Below are positions 29,628-37,946 of a stretch of 64,000 bases of DNA, piece after piece. The position numbers were made by a program, and so were the translations under genes. Under the pieces are notes generated by a model. The model had not been told where the DNA came from. It made no database searches and saw only the letters and a list, made by a program, of their open reading frames with translations. The DNA is from a bacterium. Its GTDB lineage: Bacteria > Electryoneota > RPQS01. The stretch covers positions 137,045 through 201,044 of the forward strand of contig JADJCU010000003.1 of NCBI GenBank assembly GCA_016703065.1, given 5' to 3'. The stretch's first letter is position 1, and each line of letters begins with the position of its first letter.

Positions 29628-31124
29628 TTATTGACAGAGTCCCGCGGGAGTACCGCTGAGAGAAGTGATTTGCGAACAGGAATTCACAACCGGATCGACC
29701 GTGACGATCGGACAGCGCTCATCATCGAACTGGTCATGCACGAATTCGGATTGTATCAGCGAGACACTGAGTGTGCCCCACCAATTCTGCGAGGCATCCA
29801 TGTCGAGATAGCTATGCTGGCTGCAATGGACAAACACGACAAAATCCCAGACAGAATCAAAGCAATTGAAATGCACTTCGGGATTAGACGGACCCCTTCG
29901 CTCTTCAGTCACGCTGATATTCAGTGCGCGCGCGATTTGACTGAATGTATTGTGGCGGATGTCTACGGTCGAGTCGACCCAGGAGCCGATTTGGAAGGCG
30001 TTCGACGACGTTTCGAAGTAGTTGTTATGAATGTCCATGTCGCTGACCAGATCGAGTCGGATCACTCCTCGGCTGCCCGCTCCGCTCGTATCAGTTCCGC
30101 CGCAGTCGCGAAACCAATTGCAGCTGATTTCGCCATCGTGAACCGTATCGAGAATAATCGCGAATGGATCGCACGTCTGAAAAACGTTTCGCTCAATCAG
30201 GAACTGACTGGTCGACGCAGCGCGCACTCCTGTTGCCGCCCGATCAAATACACAACGGCGCACGAGCGGCGGCTGCCGCAGCGCGAGCACGCCTTCGTTG
30301 ACAAAGCGCGTGAAGTGGCAGTATTCGACCAGCCCGCTGTCGACGTCCGTCACAATTCCCGAAGCGCCGTAGCGGAACTCCGTATACGACACATTCGGCG
30401 GCGCGGCGTCCGCAAAGAACTTCACTTGCAGCCACTCGTCTGGATCGCGATTGATGACATCCGATGATGTGAAGATAATGTAATCGTCCGGCGTGCCGTT
30501 GCACACAAGCGTTGCGCCATGGCGAACGTTTAGCGATTTGTTGCCGGCAAGTTTCACAACCGCGCCAGGTTCAATCGTCAGTGTGACACCCGTCTGCACA
30601 AAAGTATTGTCGAGCAGCACGTAATGCGTGCCCGATTCCCACGTCGTGCTCTGATTGATATTGACGTTGTTATTCTCGAGTGAATACGTGACGACTCGCG
30701 GAATGCGGAGGTCGCCGACTTGCACGTCTCCGCCGCCGGTCGAAACCAGCTTATAGGGCGCCCAGGCGCCCCCGGGGAATTCCGCAACGACAACATAGTC
30801 ACCCGCGACAACTTCCTCGAATTGAAAATCGCCGTCGCCATCTGCGGAGTCCGCGCGCAGCGAGCTGATAACCCGGTGGTCAAATGCGAAATCGAGGTCG
30901 TAGGTAAACCCGACGGCCGGCGTCTGATCGGTGACGGACCACACTGACACGTCGGCCGTTGGATCGGGCGCAGGATAGAGTCTGACCAGCGCTCCGGCTC
31001 CGCTTCCGTCTGCCGCCGCAACGTGACCGGTGATTCCGCTCTTGGTCTCATCACCTTTCTTGCACGAAACCACGAGCACAAGTCCAAGACAGAGCGCGAT
31101 CAGCGCGAGATGACGCATGAACAT
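29628..31124 (-). CDS. lipoprotein with carboxypeptidase-regulatory-like and right-handed beta-helix regions
   Basis: Lipoprotein signal LALIALCLGLVLVVSCKKG, then an N-terminal small beta-sandwich-like segment, then beta-helix style turns. Confidence 0.5.
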   Translation of the reverse strand: MFMRHLALIALCLGLVLVVSCKKGDETKSGITGHVAAADGSGAGALVRLYPAPDPTADVSVWSVTDQTPAVGFTYDLDFAFDHRVISSLRADSADGDGDFQFEEVVAGDYVVVAEFPGGAWAPYKLVSTGGGDVQVGDLRIPRVVTYSLENNNVNINQSTTWESGTHYVLLDNTFVQTGVTLTIEPGAVVKLAGNKSLNVRHGATLVCNGTPDDYIIFTSSDVINRDPDEWLQVKFFADAAPPNVSYTEFRYGASGIVTDVDSGLVEYCHFTRFVNEGVLALRQPPLVRRCVFDRAATGVRAASTSQFLIERNVFQTCDPFAIILDTVHDGEISCNWFRDCGGTDTSGAGSRGVIRLDLVSDMDIHNNYFETSSNAFQIGSWVDSTVDIRHNTFSQIARALNISVTEERRGPSNPEVHFNCFDSVWDFVVFVHCSQHSYLDMDASQNWWGTLSVSLIQSEFVHDQFDDERCPIVTVDPVVNSCSQITSLSGTPAGLCQ

Positions 31125-31138
31125 TCCCCGGCCTTCCC

Positions 31139-32041
31139 TTAGGTCAGGTAGACGATAGTGGCGGTGGCAATTACCCAGCAGGCCACGTTAATCAAGGTTG
31201 CGCGATCTTTGACGAGCAGCCGCGACGGATCACCGCCCTCGCCGCGATTGTAGATCAGGTACAGATATCGGAACAGGCCGTACACGACAAATGGCAGTGT
31301 CCAGAACAGCGCGCGTGTGCCGTAGTGCTTAAACGTGTCGTCGGAAATCGTGTATAAGCTGTACGCCACCAACGTCGCGGCGCAAAGGGCGGCGAGCATC
31401 TGATCGATAAACGTCAAACTGTAACCCGCCAGACTTGGTCTGTGGATCGCGGCGCTCTCTCCAAGCAGCGCAATTTCATGCCTCCGTTTGGCGAGAGCCA
31501 AAAAGAGCGAGAGCAGAAACGCACACAGAATGAGCCAATAGGACAGATAGACTTCCGGCAGCATCGCGCGAATCACGGCCACGCCGCCGACGGCACGCAG
31601 CACGAATCCCATCGAGAGCAGTAACACGTCAAGAATCACGGCGCGTTTCAGGCCCAACGAATAGGCGAGATTCGCCGCGAGGTACGCGATGGCAATCCCG
31701 CCGAAATAGAGATCGAGCCAAAACGCCCACGCAATGCCCGCCGTGCCGAGCACGCCCGACACGAGCAGCGCAGTCGATGGCGAGATGCGTCCCGACGGGA
31801 GCGGACGGTTCTTCTTCTTCGGATGTTCGCGGTCCGCCTGAAGATCGAGCAGATCATTCAGCGCATAGACCGCAGATGAGAGCATACAGAATGCTGCGAA
31901 CCCTTGCAGGGCGCGCAGAATCACCTCGGGGGAATCTATGACCACACGCGCCGGCGAAAAGAGCACGGCTGCGAAGATGATCATGTTCTTCGACCACTGC
32001 GCGGGGCGCAGCAACTCCAGCGTTGCGGAGAGCGCTTTCAC
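31139..32041 (-). CDS. UbiA-family prenyltransferase, decaprenyl-phosphate phosphoribosyltransferase (DPPR synthase)-like
   Basis: Polytopic membrane protein carrying ALNDLLDLQADREHPKKKNRPLPSGRIS. This is the NDxxDxxxD motif followed by an HP-K-K/R-RP segment, as in mycobacterial UbiA (Rv3806c) as I recall it. Confidence 0.75.
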   Translation of the reverse strand: MKALSATLELLRPAQWSKNMIIFAAVLFSPARVVIDSPEVILRALQGFAAFCMLSSAVYALNDLLDLQADREHPKKKNRPLPSGRISPSTALLVSGVLGTAGIAWAFWLDLYFGGIAIAYLAANLAYSLGLKRAVILDVLLLSMGFVLRAVGGVAVIRAMLPEVYLSYWLILCAFLLSLFLALAKRRHEIALLGESAAIHRPSLAGYSLTFIDQMLAALCAATLVAYSLYTISDDTFKHYGTRALFWTLPFVVYGLFRYLYLIYNRGEGGDPSRLLVKDRATLINVACWVIATATIVYLT

Positions 32042-32055
32042 GTCAACCCGCGCGC

Positions 32056-32619
32056 TTAGAGTTTCACCACGTTGTCGCGCTTTGCCATGCTCGCCGTCGC
32101 GTTGCGCGCGTCGAAGACGAGCGCGACATGGTCGGCCAGCACGTCATAGTCAATGCAGCGGTGATCGGTGCAGATCACCGCCAAGTCGTACTTCTTGAGC
32201 GTCGCCGGATCGAAAGGTACGCTCTTGTGATCGTGATTTGCCGTCGTGACTTCGGGAATATACGGATCGTGATAGTCCACGGTCGCGCCGCGCTTCATCA
32301 GCAATTCGATGATATCGAGCGACGGAGACTCACGCACGTCGTCGATATCCCGTTTGTACGCCACTCCCATGACAAGTGCTTTCGCTCCCTTTACGGCGCG
32401 TCCGCGTTCGTTCAGGGCGTCCGCGACGCGCGACACGACGTATTCAGGCATGCTCGTGTTGATATCGTCGGCAAGTTCGATGAAGCGCGCACGGTATTTC
32501 AGCGTCTTGAGCTTCCACGAGAGATAGATTGGATCAATCGGAATACAGTGACCGCCCAGACCCGGTCCGGGATAGAACGGCATGAAGCCGAACGGCTTGG
32601 TCGACGCCGCGCGAATCAC
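32056..32619 (-). CDS. UDP-N-acetyl-hexosamine 6-dehydrogenase (TviB/WbpA/WecC-like), C-terminal part after an in-frame TAA
   Basis: [29 protein letters not shown] plus the C-terminal UDP-binding domain. It is in the same frame as the upstream part. Confidence 0.8.
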   Translation of the reverse strand: [187 protein letters not shown]

Positions 32620-33363
32620 TTACCACACATCGACACCGAGAATATTACACATGATCGCCAGCTCGTTCACGAGTCCGATATTAATCGAGCGGAACGTGTT
32701 TTCGAGCAGCTTCACCAATTCAGCGGCCTGCGTGCTCGACACGGGCACGATGTGGTCGATTACGCGTCCGTAAATCGCTTGCGCAACGTCGAGACACTCG
32801 GGCGTCGTGCCACCCATGACTTTGGGCGTATTGTGCGTGCCGTACTTCTCGTTGCCCGGATCAACGCGCTCGGGCGAAAAGGCGATGAACACGTCTTTCC
32901 CGACTTTCAGGCCCTTCTCTTCGAAGGCAGGCACCATCAGTTCGTCGGTGGTACCGGGATAGGTCGTGCTCTCGAGCACAATCAACAAACCGGGATGGGC
33001 GTACTTGAGGATTTCATCCCGCGACGCGAGGATATACGAAATATCAGGGTCGCCCGTCTTACGGAGCGGTGTGGGCACGCAAATCGAAATCGCGTCGAGG
33101 TCACGAATGACCGAGTAATCCGACGTCGCTTCGAGCTTTCCAGCCTTGACGAGCCGTGCGAGTTCGGCATGGTCGACGTCCATGACATAGTTCTCGCCGC
33201 GATTGATGCGGTTGACCTTGTCTTGTATAACGTCTATGCCGGTAACCCGGATTCCCTTAGCGGCAAACTGGACGGCCAGAGGCAGTCCGACATAGCCCAG
33301 ACCGATGACGCCCACGCGCAGCGAACCGTCCTGGGCCTTCTTCTTTAACTCGTTCAGAATCAT
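32620..33363 (-). CDS. UDP-N-acetyl-hexosamine 6-dehydrogenase, N-terminal part (ends at in-frame TAA 32620-32622)
   Basis: [20 protein letters not shown] Rossmann start. The start is set at ATG 33363 (RBS GGAAGGA) because a -10-like TATATT abuts the ORF-track ATG at 33399. Confidence 0.8.
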   Translation of the reverse strand: [247 protein letters not shown]

Positions 33364-33401
33364 AATATTCTGCCAATCCTTCCGAGAAATCGGTGACATA
33401 A

Positions 33402-33430
33402 AATATACGCAGAGAACTGCAAAAAAGCAA
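33402..33430 (-). promoter_or_regulatory. sigma70-like promoter candidate for the polysaccharide operon
   Basis: The minus strand reads TTGCTT - 17 nt - TATATT, ending about 38 nt upstream of ATG 33363. Confidence 0.4.
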
Positions 33431-33458
33431 TGAAAAAGGGGCCGACCGACGACCCCCT
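33431..33458 (-). terminator. weak GC stem plus T-tract downstream of the methyltransferase gene
   Basis: The minus strand reads AGGGG-12 nt loop-CCCCT followed by TTTTTCATTGCTTTTTT. The stem is short, so confidence is low. Confidence 0.3.
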
Positions 33459-33705
33459 AAAGGTGCTTCGCAATTGTTATACCGTTATTTACGCCGAATT
33501 GCCTCTTGCACTAATGACCCTAAGTAACTAAACAGTCTCACACTTCAAGACCAATTGTCCATTTTCCGTCGCCGCAGTAAGCAAAGTGACCCGCCCGAAT
33601 CACGCCAAAGCCTCAAATCGTGGCACCATTCTGATGCCGCAGCAGCTGACGAATCCCTCCGGTCTCTCCCACTCCGTTCGCGGGGACGGGCCGGGGGATG
33701 GGGTC

Positions 33706-35427
33706 TCACTCCAACTCCAATTCCGAATTCCCCGCGCTCTTCTTCCTCACTTTCGGCGCCTTCTTGAACGTCGGGTCGCTCCACCCCGCGGTCGCAATCG
33801 GCGGCAAATCCGGTTTGTGTCCTTCCAGCAACTTCTCAATCGTGAGAATCTGCACCTTCTGATGTTTCGTGCCGCTAAACTCGCTATGATAAAACCCCGC
33901 GCTGGCGGCTTCCTTGATCATTTCTCGTGTCGGTTCATTCAGCGTAATGAGCAGCCCTATCGCGGCCTTCTCGCGCTCCATTGTCCCCACCAAATCCCGC
34001 ACATGCGGCGAACTCGTCTTGCCGCCCTTCACCGAAATCAAAATCTGCTCGGGATGCCGATCCTTCCCCTCGAAGAACGTGCGCCGTCCGTCAATCCCTC
34101 GGTCCGCGCCCTTCTTCTGCTCTTCAGGCCGCGCCCCCACCAATCCCAACGCCCACCACTGAAACTGATACTTGTCCTGCTCCGCCAGTTCAACCGCCCC
34201 TTCCAAATCCACCGGCTCACCCACCACGCGGTACGTCTCTGATCTCCCCCCAAATCTGTCTGCAGATTTGGGGGGACTAAGGTGGGTAGCTTTCCGAGCG
34301 GGGGGGATAGGGGGGGCCTTCTCATGCACCGCCACAATCCCGTACGCATCCAACAACCGCTTCTTAATCAGCGTAATCGCCAAATGCGTAATATCAATTC
34401 CCAACCACTTCCGATTCAATTTTTGCGCAACCGCCACCGCCGTTCCGCACCCGCAAAACGGATCAAGCACCACATCACCCTCATTCGTACTCGCACCAAT
34501 GATTCGCTCCAATAGCGCCTCTGGCTTCTGTGTTGGGTAACCGAGGTTTTCGTGCATTGAACCGTGCAGGTGTTCTATGTCGTCCCAATAGTCAGTAACG
34601 GGCGTCCCTTGCATTTCATCGAGGTAACGCTTGTAGGCCACTACTTTCGCATTTCCTTGAAGAACTACTCTTCCTGCCTTCCACTCCCGTGTCATACGAT
34701 CCTTTGTCCACCGCCACACGCGCGTCACACCGCTTTTGGGCGGAAACTCATATGTTAGGTTGGGGCGATTCTTATTTGGATTTGCAAGATTGTCAAGTCG
34801 GTATCGTCTACCGGTTTCTTCTTCTACATGCTTATAGAATTTCTCAACATATGAATCATCGTGCGCAGTGTACTGCTGATTGTATGTTGCCTTCGATCCC
34901 TTTGAGTAAAAGAGAATAATGTCATGCGCACGCGACATTCTCAACGTGTTGTGTGATTTCGGTTGAGATCTCCGCCAACTAATCTCATTCCTAAAATTCA
35001 CCGCCCCAAACACCGCATCCATCAACAATTTTAAATAATGACTCGCCGTCGGATCGCAATGCAGATAAATCGAACCCGTCGGCTTCAACACGCGCCTCAA
35101 CCCCACCAGACACGGTGCCATGTTCGCCAGATACGCCATCATGTCGTTCTCGCCCAAGAAGCGGTGAAACGCGACCAACAAATCGCCCGCCTTGCCGCCC
35201 TGCGACACCACATGCTCGAACCACTTGGCCGATTCCGCGTTCCAATGCCACGTATCTTCAAACGCCATGATTTGCGCCGCGCTCTTTTCGCCCGACTGCT
35301 CGGCAAACAAGACGTTGTAATCCTGATTGCTCTTAAACGGCGGATCAAGATAAATCAAATCCACCGACTCGTCTTTGACATAGCGCGGCAGGATGTCGCG
35401 GTTGTCGCCATAATAGAGAGTGTTCAT
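33706..35427 (-). CDS. beta-class N6/N4 DNA methyltransferase fused to a C-terminal Mrr-type restriction-endonuclease domain
   Basis: Motif IV IYLDPPFKSNQDYN precedes motif I DPFCGCGTAVAVA, the beta order of the N6_N4_Mtase family. The C-terminus GADRGIDGRRTF...ILISVKGGK is an Mrr_cat-like D...(S/Q)xK core. The start is set at ATG 35427 (MNTLYYGDN); the ORF track uses TTG 35442. Confidence 0.85.
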   Translation of the reverse strand: MNTLYYGDNRDILPRYVKDESVDLIYLDPPFKSNQDYNVLFAEQSGEKSAAQIMAFEDTWHWNAESAKWFEHVVSQGGKAGDLLVAFHRFLGENDMMAYLANMAPCLVGLRRVLKPTGSIYLHCDPTASHYLKLLMDAVFGAVNFRNEISWRRSQPKSHNTLRMSRAHDIILFYSKGSKATYNQQYTAHDDSYVEKFYKHVEEETGRRYRLDNLANPNKNRPNLTYEFPPKSGVTRVWRWTKDRMTREWKAGRVVLQGNAKVVAYKRYLDEMQGTPVTDYWDDIEHLHGSMHENLGYPTQKPEALLERIIGASTNEGDVVLDPFCGCGTAVAVAQKLNRKWLGIDITHLAITLIKKRLLDAYGIVAVHEKAPPIPPARKATHLSPPKSADRFGGRSETYRVVGEPVDLEGAVELAEQDKYQFQWWALGLVGARPEEQKKGADRGIDGRRTFFEGKDRHPEQILISVKGGKTSSPHVRDLVGTMEREKAAIGLLITLNEPTREMIKEAASAGFYHSEFSGTKHQKVQILTIEKLLEGHKPDLPPIATAGWSDPTFKKAPKVRKKSAGNSELELE

Positions 35428-35433
35428 ACCGAG

Positions 35434-35462
35434 AAAGTACAAGAGCTAAGGGGGATTGTCAA
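35434..35462 (-). promoter_or_regulatory. sigma70-like promoter candidate of the methyltransferase gene (near-leaderless)
   Basis: The minus strand reads TTGACA - 17 nt - TACTTT. Only 6 nt separate the -10 hexamer from ATG 35427. Confidence 0.35.
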
Positions 35463-35486
35463 GCCGCAAGTCCTCCCAAAAAACAA

Positions 35487-35511
35487 CGGGCGGGCACACC
35501 GTGCCCGCCCG
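35487..35511 (-). terminator. rho-independent terminator of the FG-GAP gene
   Basis: The minus strand reads CGGGCGGGCA-loop-TGCCCGCCCG followed by TTGTTTTTTGGG. A second 8-bp hairpin lies at 35524-35544. Confidence 0.7.
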
Positions 35512-35554
35512 CATAGCCTAAGCGGGGCGGAATCCGTCCGCCCCTGCGTGCTTT

Positions 35555-36910
35555 CTATTGCACGCTCAGCAAATAGACCCTGCCCATATTCTCCGCGGTT
35601 TCGTGGTCCCACCAACGCGCACCAACCACGATGTCAGCCGCGCCGTTGCCATCAAGGTCACCGAGCGCCGCAACGCTGTTGCCCGCCGCATCGGCGATAT
35701 TCTCGCCACTGAACTGGTAGAAATCCGTCTCCCAGCCGCCATAATAGAACGACACGACGCCCCGACTTTGCGCGGCATTCGAAGCCTGCGCCGCCCAGTC
35801 GCCCTTGCCGTCCTTGTTCATGTCACCCAGCGAGAACACCTTCTCGCCAAAGCGCCCGGCCTCATTCGCGCCCAGGAACGTCGCTGAAGGCGCATCCGGC
35901 ATCGTCGCCGCTCCGTAATAGACATAAACCCGGCCCAACTGCTTGCCGCTCGACGTGTACTGCGGCGCGCCGACCACAAGGTCCGCAATCTTGTCGCCGT
36001 TAACATCAGGGACGACGACCGCCGACCAGCCGTACTGGTCCTGAAAGCTCGTCAATTCACCCTTGTAGAGCTTCGTGGGCTTGTTGGCGTCAAAACCCTT
36101 GCCACCCTTGAAGAAATACACTGCGCCGTAATAAGTGGCCTCTGTGCCGTAATGCGGGGCGCCTACGACGAGATCAGCCTGACCGTCGCCCGTAAGATCA
36201 CCCGTCGACACGCACGAGCCGAATAGATCGTTCATCGTGCCGAGCTTGATTTCGAGGTCCGGGCTCTTGCCCAGCGAACCGTTAGCATTGCCGAACCACA
36301 CATACACGCGGCCAGAGGTCGCGCCCGACTTAGCGGAGTGCGGCGCGCCGACCACAAGATCGGCAAACTTATCGCCGTTAATATCGTGCGCGAGTGAAAT
36401 CGAGCGGCCGAACGAATCCTTGGATTCGCCCGCTGAGACCACCGCACCATTGGAGCCGAAGGTTGCGCCGCCAAGATAGAGATAGACCTTCCCAGCGGGC
36501 TTGGCACCCGTTCCCTGACCGCCTTCTGCGGCAATCGCGAGATCCGGCGTGCCATCGCCATTGAAATCACCGCTTGACATCGAGCTGCCAAAGAGCTCAC
36601 CATCATCCGATCCCGTGATCTTCATGACCGGAGTCTCGGCCAGCAGACCATCATGGATCAACACGGCGCCACGAGCCACCGGACCGGCATTCTCCCCCGT
36701 GTAGGACGCGGCATACAGCGGCGCGCCGCCCGTCCAGGCGTAAGCGCCTTCCACAGCAGAACCGAAATAGGCGCGCACTTCGGGGCCGTCCATGACGCGC
36801 AACAGGTACTTAGCGGCGGTATTGCGATTGGATTCCAATTGCGCGAGCGACAGCGCGTAAACCGCGAGGATCGCGACCGTCGAGACGAGAATATATCCCA
36901 CTCTCTTCAT
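35555..36910 (-). CDS. FG-GAP (integrin-alpha-like) repeat protein with N-terminal membrane anchor/signal
   Basis: Repeats such as FGSSMSSGDFNGDGTPDLAIAA, FGRSISLAHDINGDKFADLVVGAP and FGSCVSTGDLTGDGQADLVVGAP. The start is set at ATG 36910 (MKRVGYILVSTVAILAV). Confidence 0.8.
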   Translation of the reverse strand: MKRVGYILVSTVAILAVYALSLAQLESNRNTAAKYLLRVMDGPEVRAYFGSAVEGAYAWTGGAPLYAASYTGENAGPVARGAVLIHDGLLAETPVMKITGSDDGELFGSSMSSGDFNGDGTPDLAIAAEGGQGTGAKPAGKVYLYLGGATFGSNGAVVSAGESKDSFGRSISLAHDINGDKFADLVVGAPHSAKSGATSGRVYVWFGNANGSLGKSPDLEIKLGTMNDLFGSCVSTGDLTGDGQADLVVGAPHYGTEATYYGAVYFFKGGKGFDANKPTKLYKGELTSFQDQYGWSAVVVPDVNGDKIADLVVGAPQYTSSGKQLGRVYVYYGAATMPDAPSATFLGANEAGRFGEKVFSLGDMNKDGKGDWAAQASNAAQSRGVVSFYYGGWETDFYQFSGENIADAAGNSVAALGDLDGNGAADIVVGARWWDHETAENMGRVYLLSVQ

Positions 36911-37005
36911 GGCTATTCCCAGTTTTTTCGTGAGGTATTGGAGTGAGTCGAGGAGTGGCGGCCTTACGGACGCGGCACTCCTCGACAAGACGAGAGGCAG
37001 TCTAT

Positions 37006-37395
37006 CTATCTAAGGCTGACCCGAATCTGACCATGGTCGAATTCGACTTTCCAGCGCTTCAAGTGCTTGCGTCCGATCAAAATGTCAAAGCTATTCAAGT
37101 CGTACGAAGTCTCCGAAATCAACATCGTCTGCTTCGGCAACTCATGCCCAATGAACTCCATCAGTACGCGATGTCGGCCATCTCCGCTGTCAGGATCATA
37201 GCTCGAAGGCTGACCGTACGTCTTACGCATCAATGCGCTAAGTTCTTTTGAAGCCCACGAAAACTCATGCATTGGACTCAACAAAGCACGCAGTCCGTTG
37301 ACTTCAAGAGCATTCTCAAAGGTCGGACTTTGATTTCTCGGGATCTCGATACTGACAGCGACAACCCATAAATTCTCGGAAGACTCATTCGCCAT
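37006..37395 (-). CDS. hypothetical protein (129 aa)
   Basis: ORF in a lower-GC islet. The C-terminus FDILIGRKHLKRWKVEFDHGQIRVSL is reminiscent of retropepsin-like (clan AA) protease tails, but no D-T/S-G active site is seen. Confidence 0.4.
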   Translation of the reverse strand: MANESSENLWVVAVSIEIPRNQSPTFENALEVNGLRALLSPMHEFSWASKELSALMRKTYGQPSSYDPDSGDGRHRVLMEFIGHELPKQTMLISETSYDLNSFDILIGRKHLKRWKVEFDHGQIRVSLR

Positions 37396-37424
37396 GTCAG
37401 TGCGAACTCCCTAAGGTGCTTCAA

Positions 37425-37745
37425 TCAGAGAACGCGCGCCCGCCTCTTCTTCTGCATGATGATCTCAAGATCATCCTTTTCCTGGACGATGAACTTTGCG
37501 CGACCGGCCTTGGCATAACCAAGCAGAAAGGCCTCATCGAGAGAATCGCAGTCCCCAAGCAAACCTGCTTGGCCCCAAACGATGTAGTCGCGCACTGCTG
37601 GGCTACGCAGCATCAGCTGGGTTGCATTCGACGCGAAGTTAGAGTACAGCCGTCGTCTTACATCCGCACCAACTTGCCCGCGCATACGCCCCCCAGGTCC
37701 ACGTTCAGGTCTAAATATGGCCCGAACTCTCTTGGTGCGTGGCAT
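37425..37745 (-). CDS. hypothetical basic protein (106 aa)
   Basis: ATG preceded by a strong RBS (GAAGGAGGA). Lies 29 nt upstream of the 129-aa ORF. No family recognised. Confidence 0.45.
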   Translation of the reverse strand: MPRTKRVRAIFRPERGPGGRMRGQVGADVRRRLYSNFASNATQLMLRSPAVRDYIVWGQAGLLGDCDSLDEAFLLGYAKAGRAKFIVQEKDDLEIIMQKKRRARVL

Positions 37746-37889
37746 TCACATCCTCCTTCGCTAATCCATTGGGTCTTGAAACGCACACCATACCAAACTA
37801 AGAACTGGTGATGTGCGTGTCAAGTTCCTGATATTATTGAAGAAATCTGACCCATGTTTGAAAACTACAGTGATATTCAAAGAGTTCGA

Positions 37890-37921
37890 ATGACGAGTAC
37901 GGCCTGAGCCGTACTCGTCAT
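37890..37921 (-). terminator. terminator of the giant-gene/PorV-OmpA operon
   Basis: Perfect 14-bp stem ATGACGAGTACGGC / GCCGTACTCGTCAT with a 4-nt loop, 26 nt after the OmpA-domain stop, followed by a moderately T-rich stretch. Confidence 0.6.
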
Positions 37922-37946
37922 CGGGTCAAACAAACTCGTTCCTCTA

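Noticed and set aside
29328-33348. Plus-strand ORFs 29328..30467 (379 aa) and 32023..33348 (441 aa) opposite the polysaccharide operon.
   Set aside because: They are antisense shadows of clearly recognisable minus-strand genes (the beta-helix lipoprotein and the sugar dehydrogenase). Composition is low-complexity and Arg-rich.
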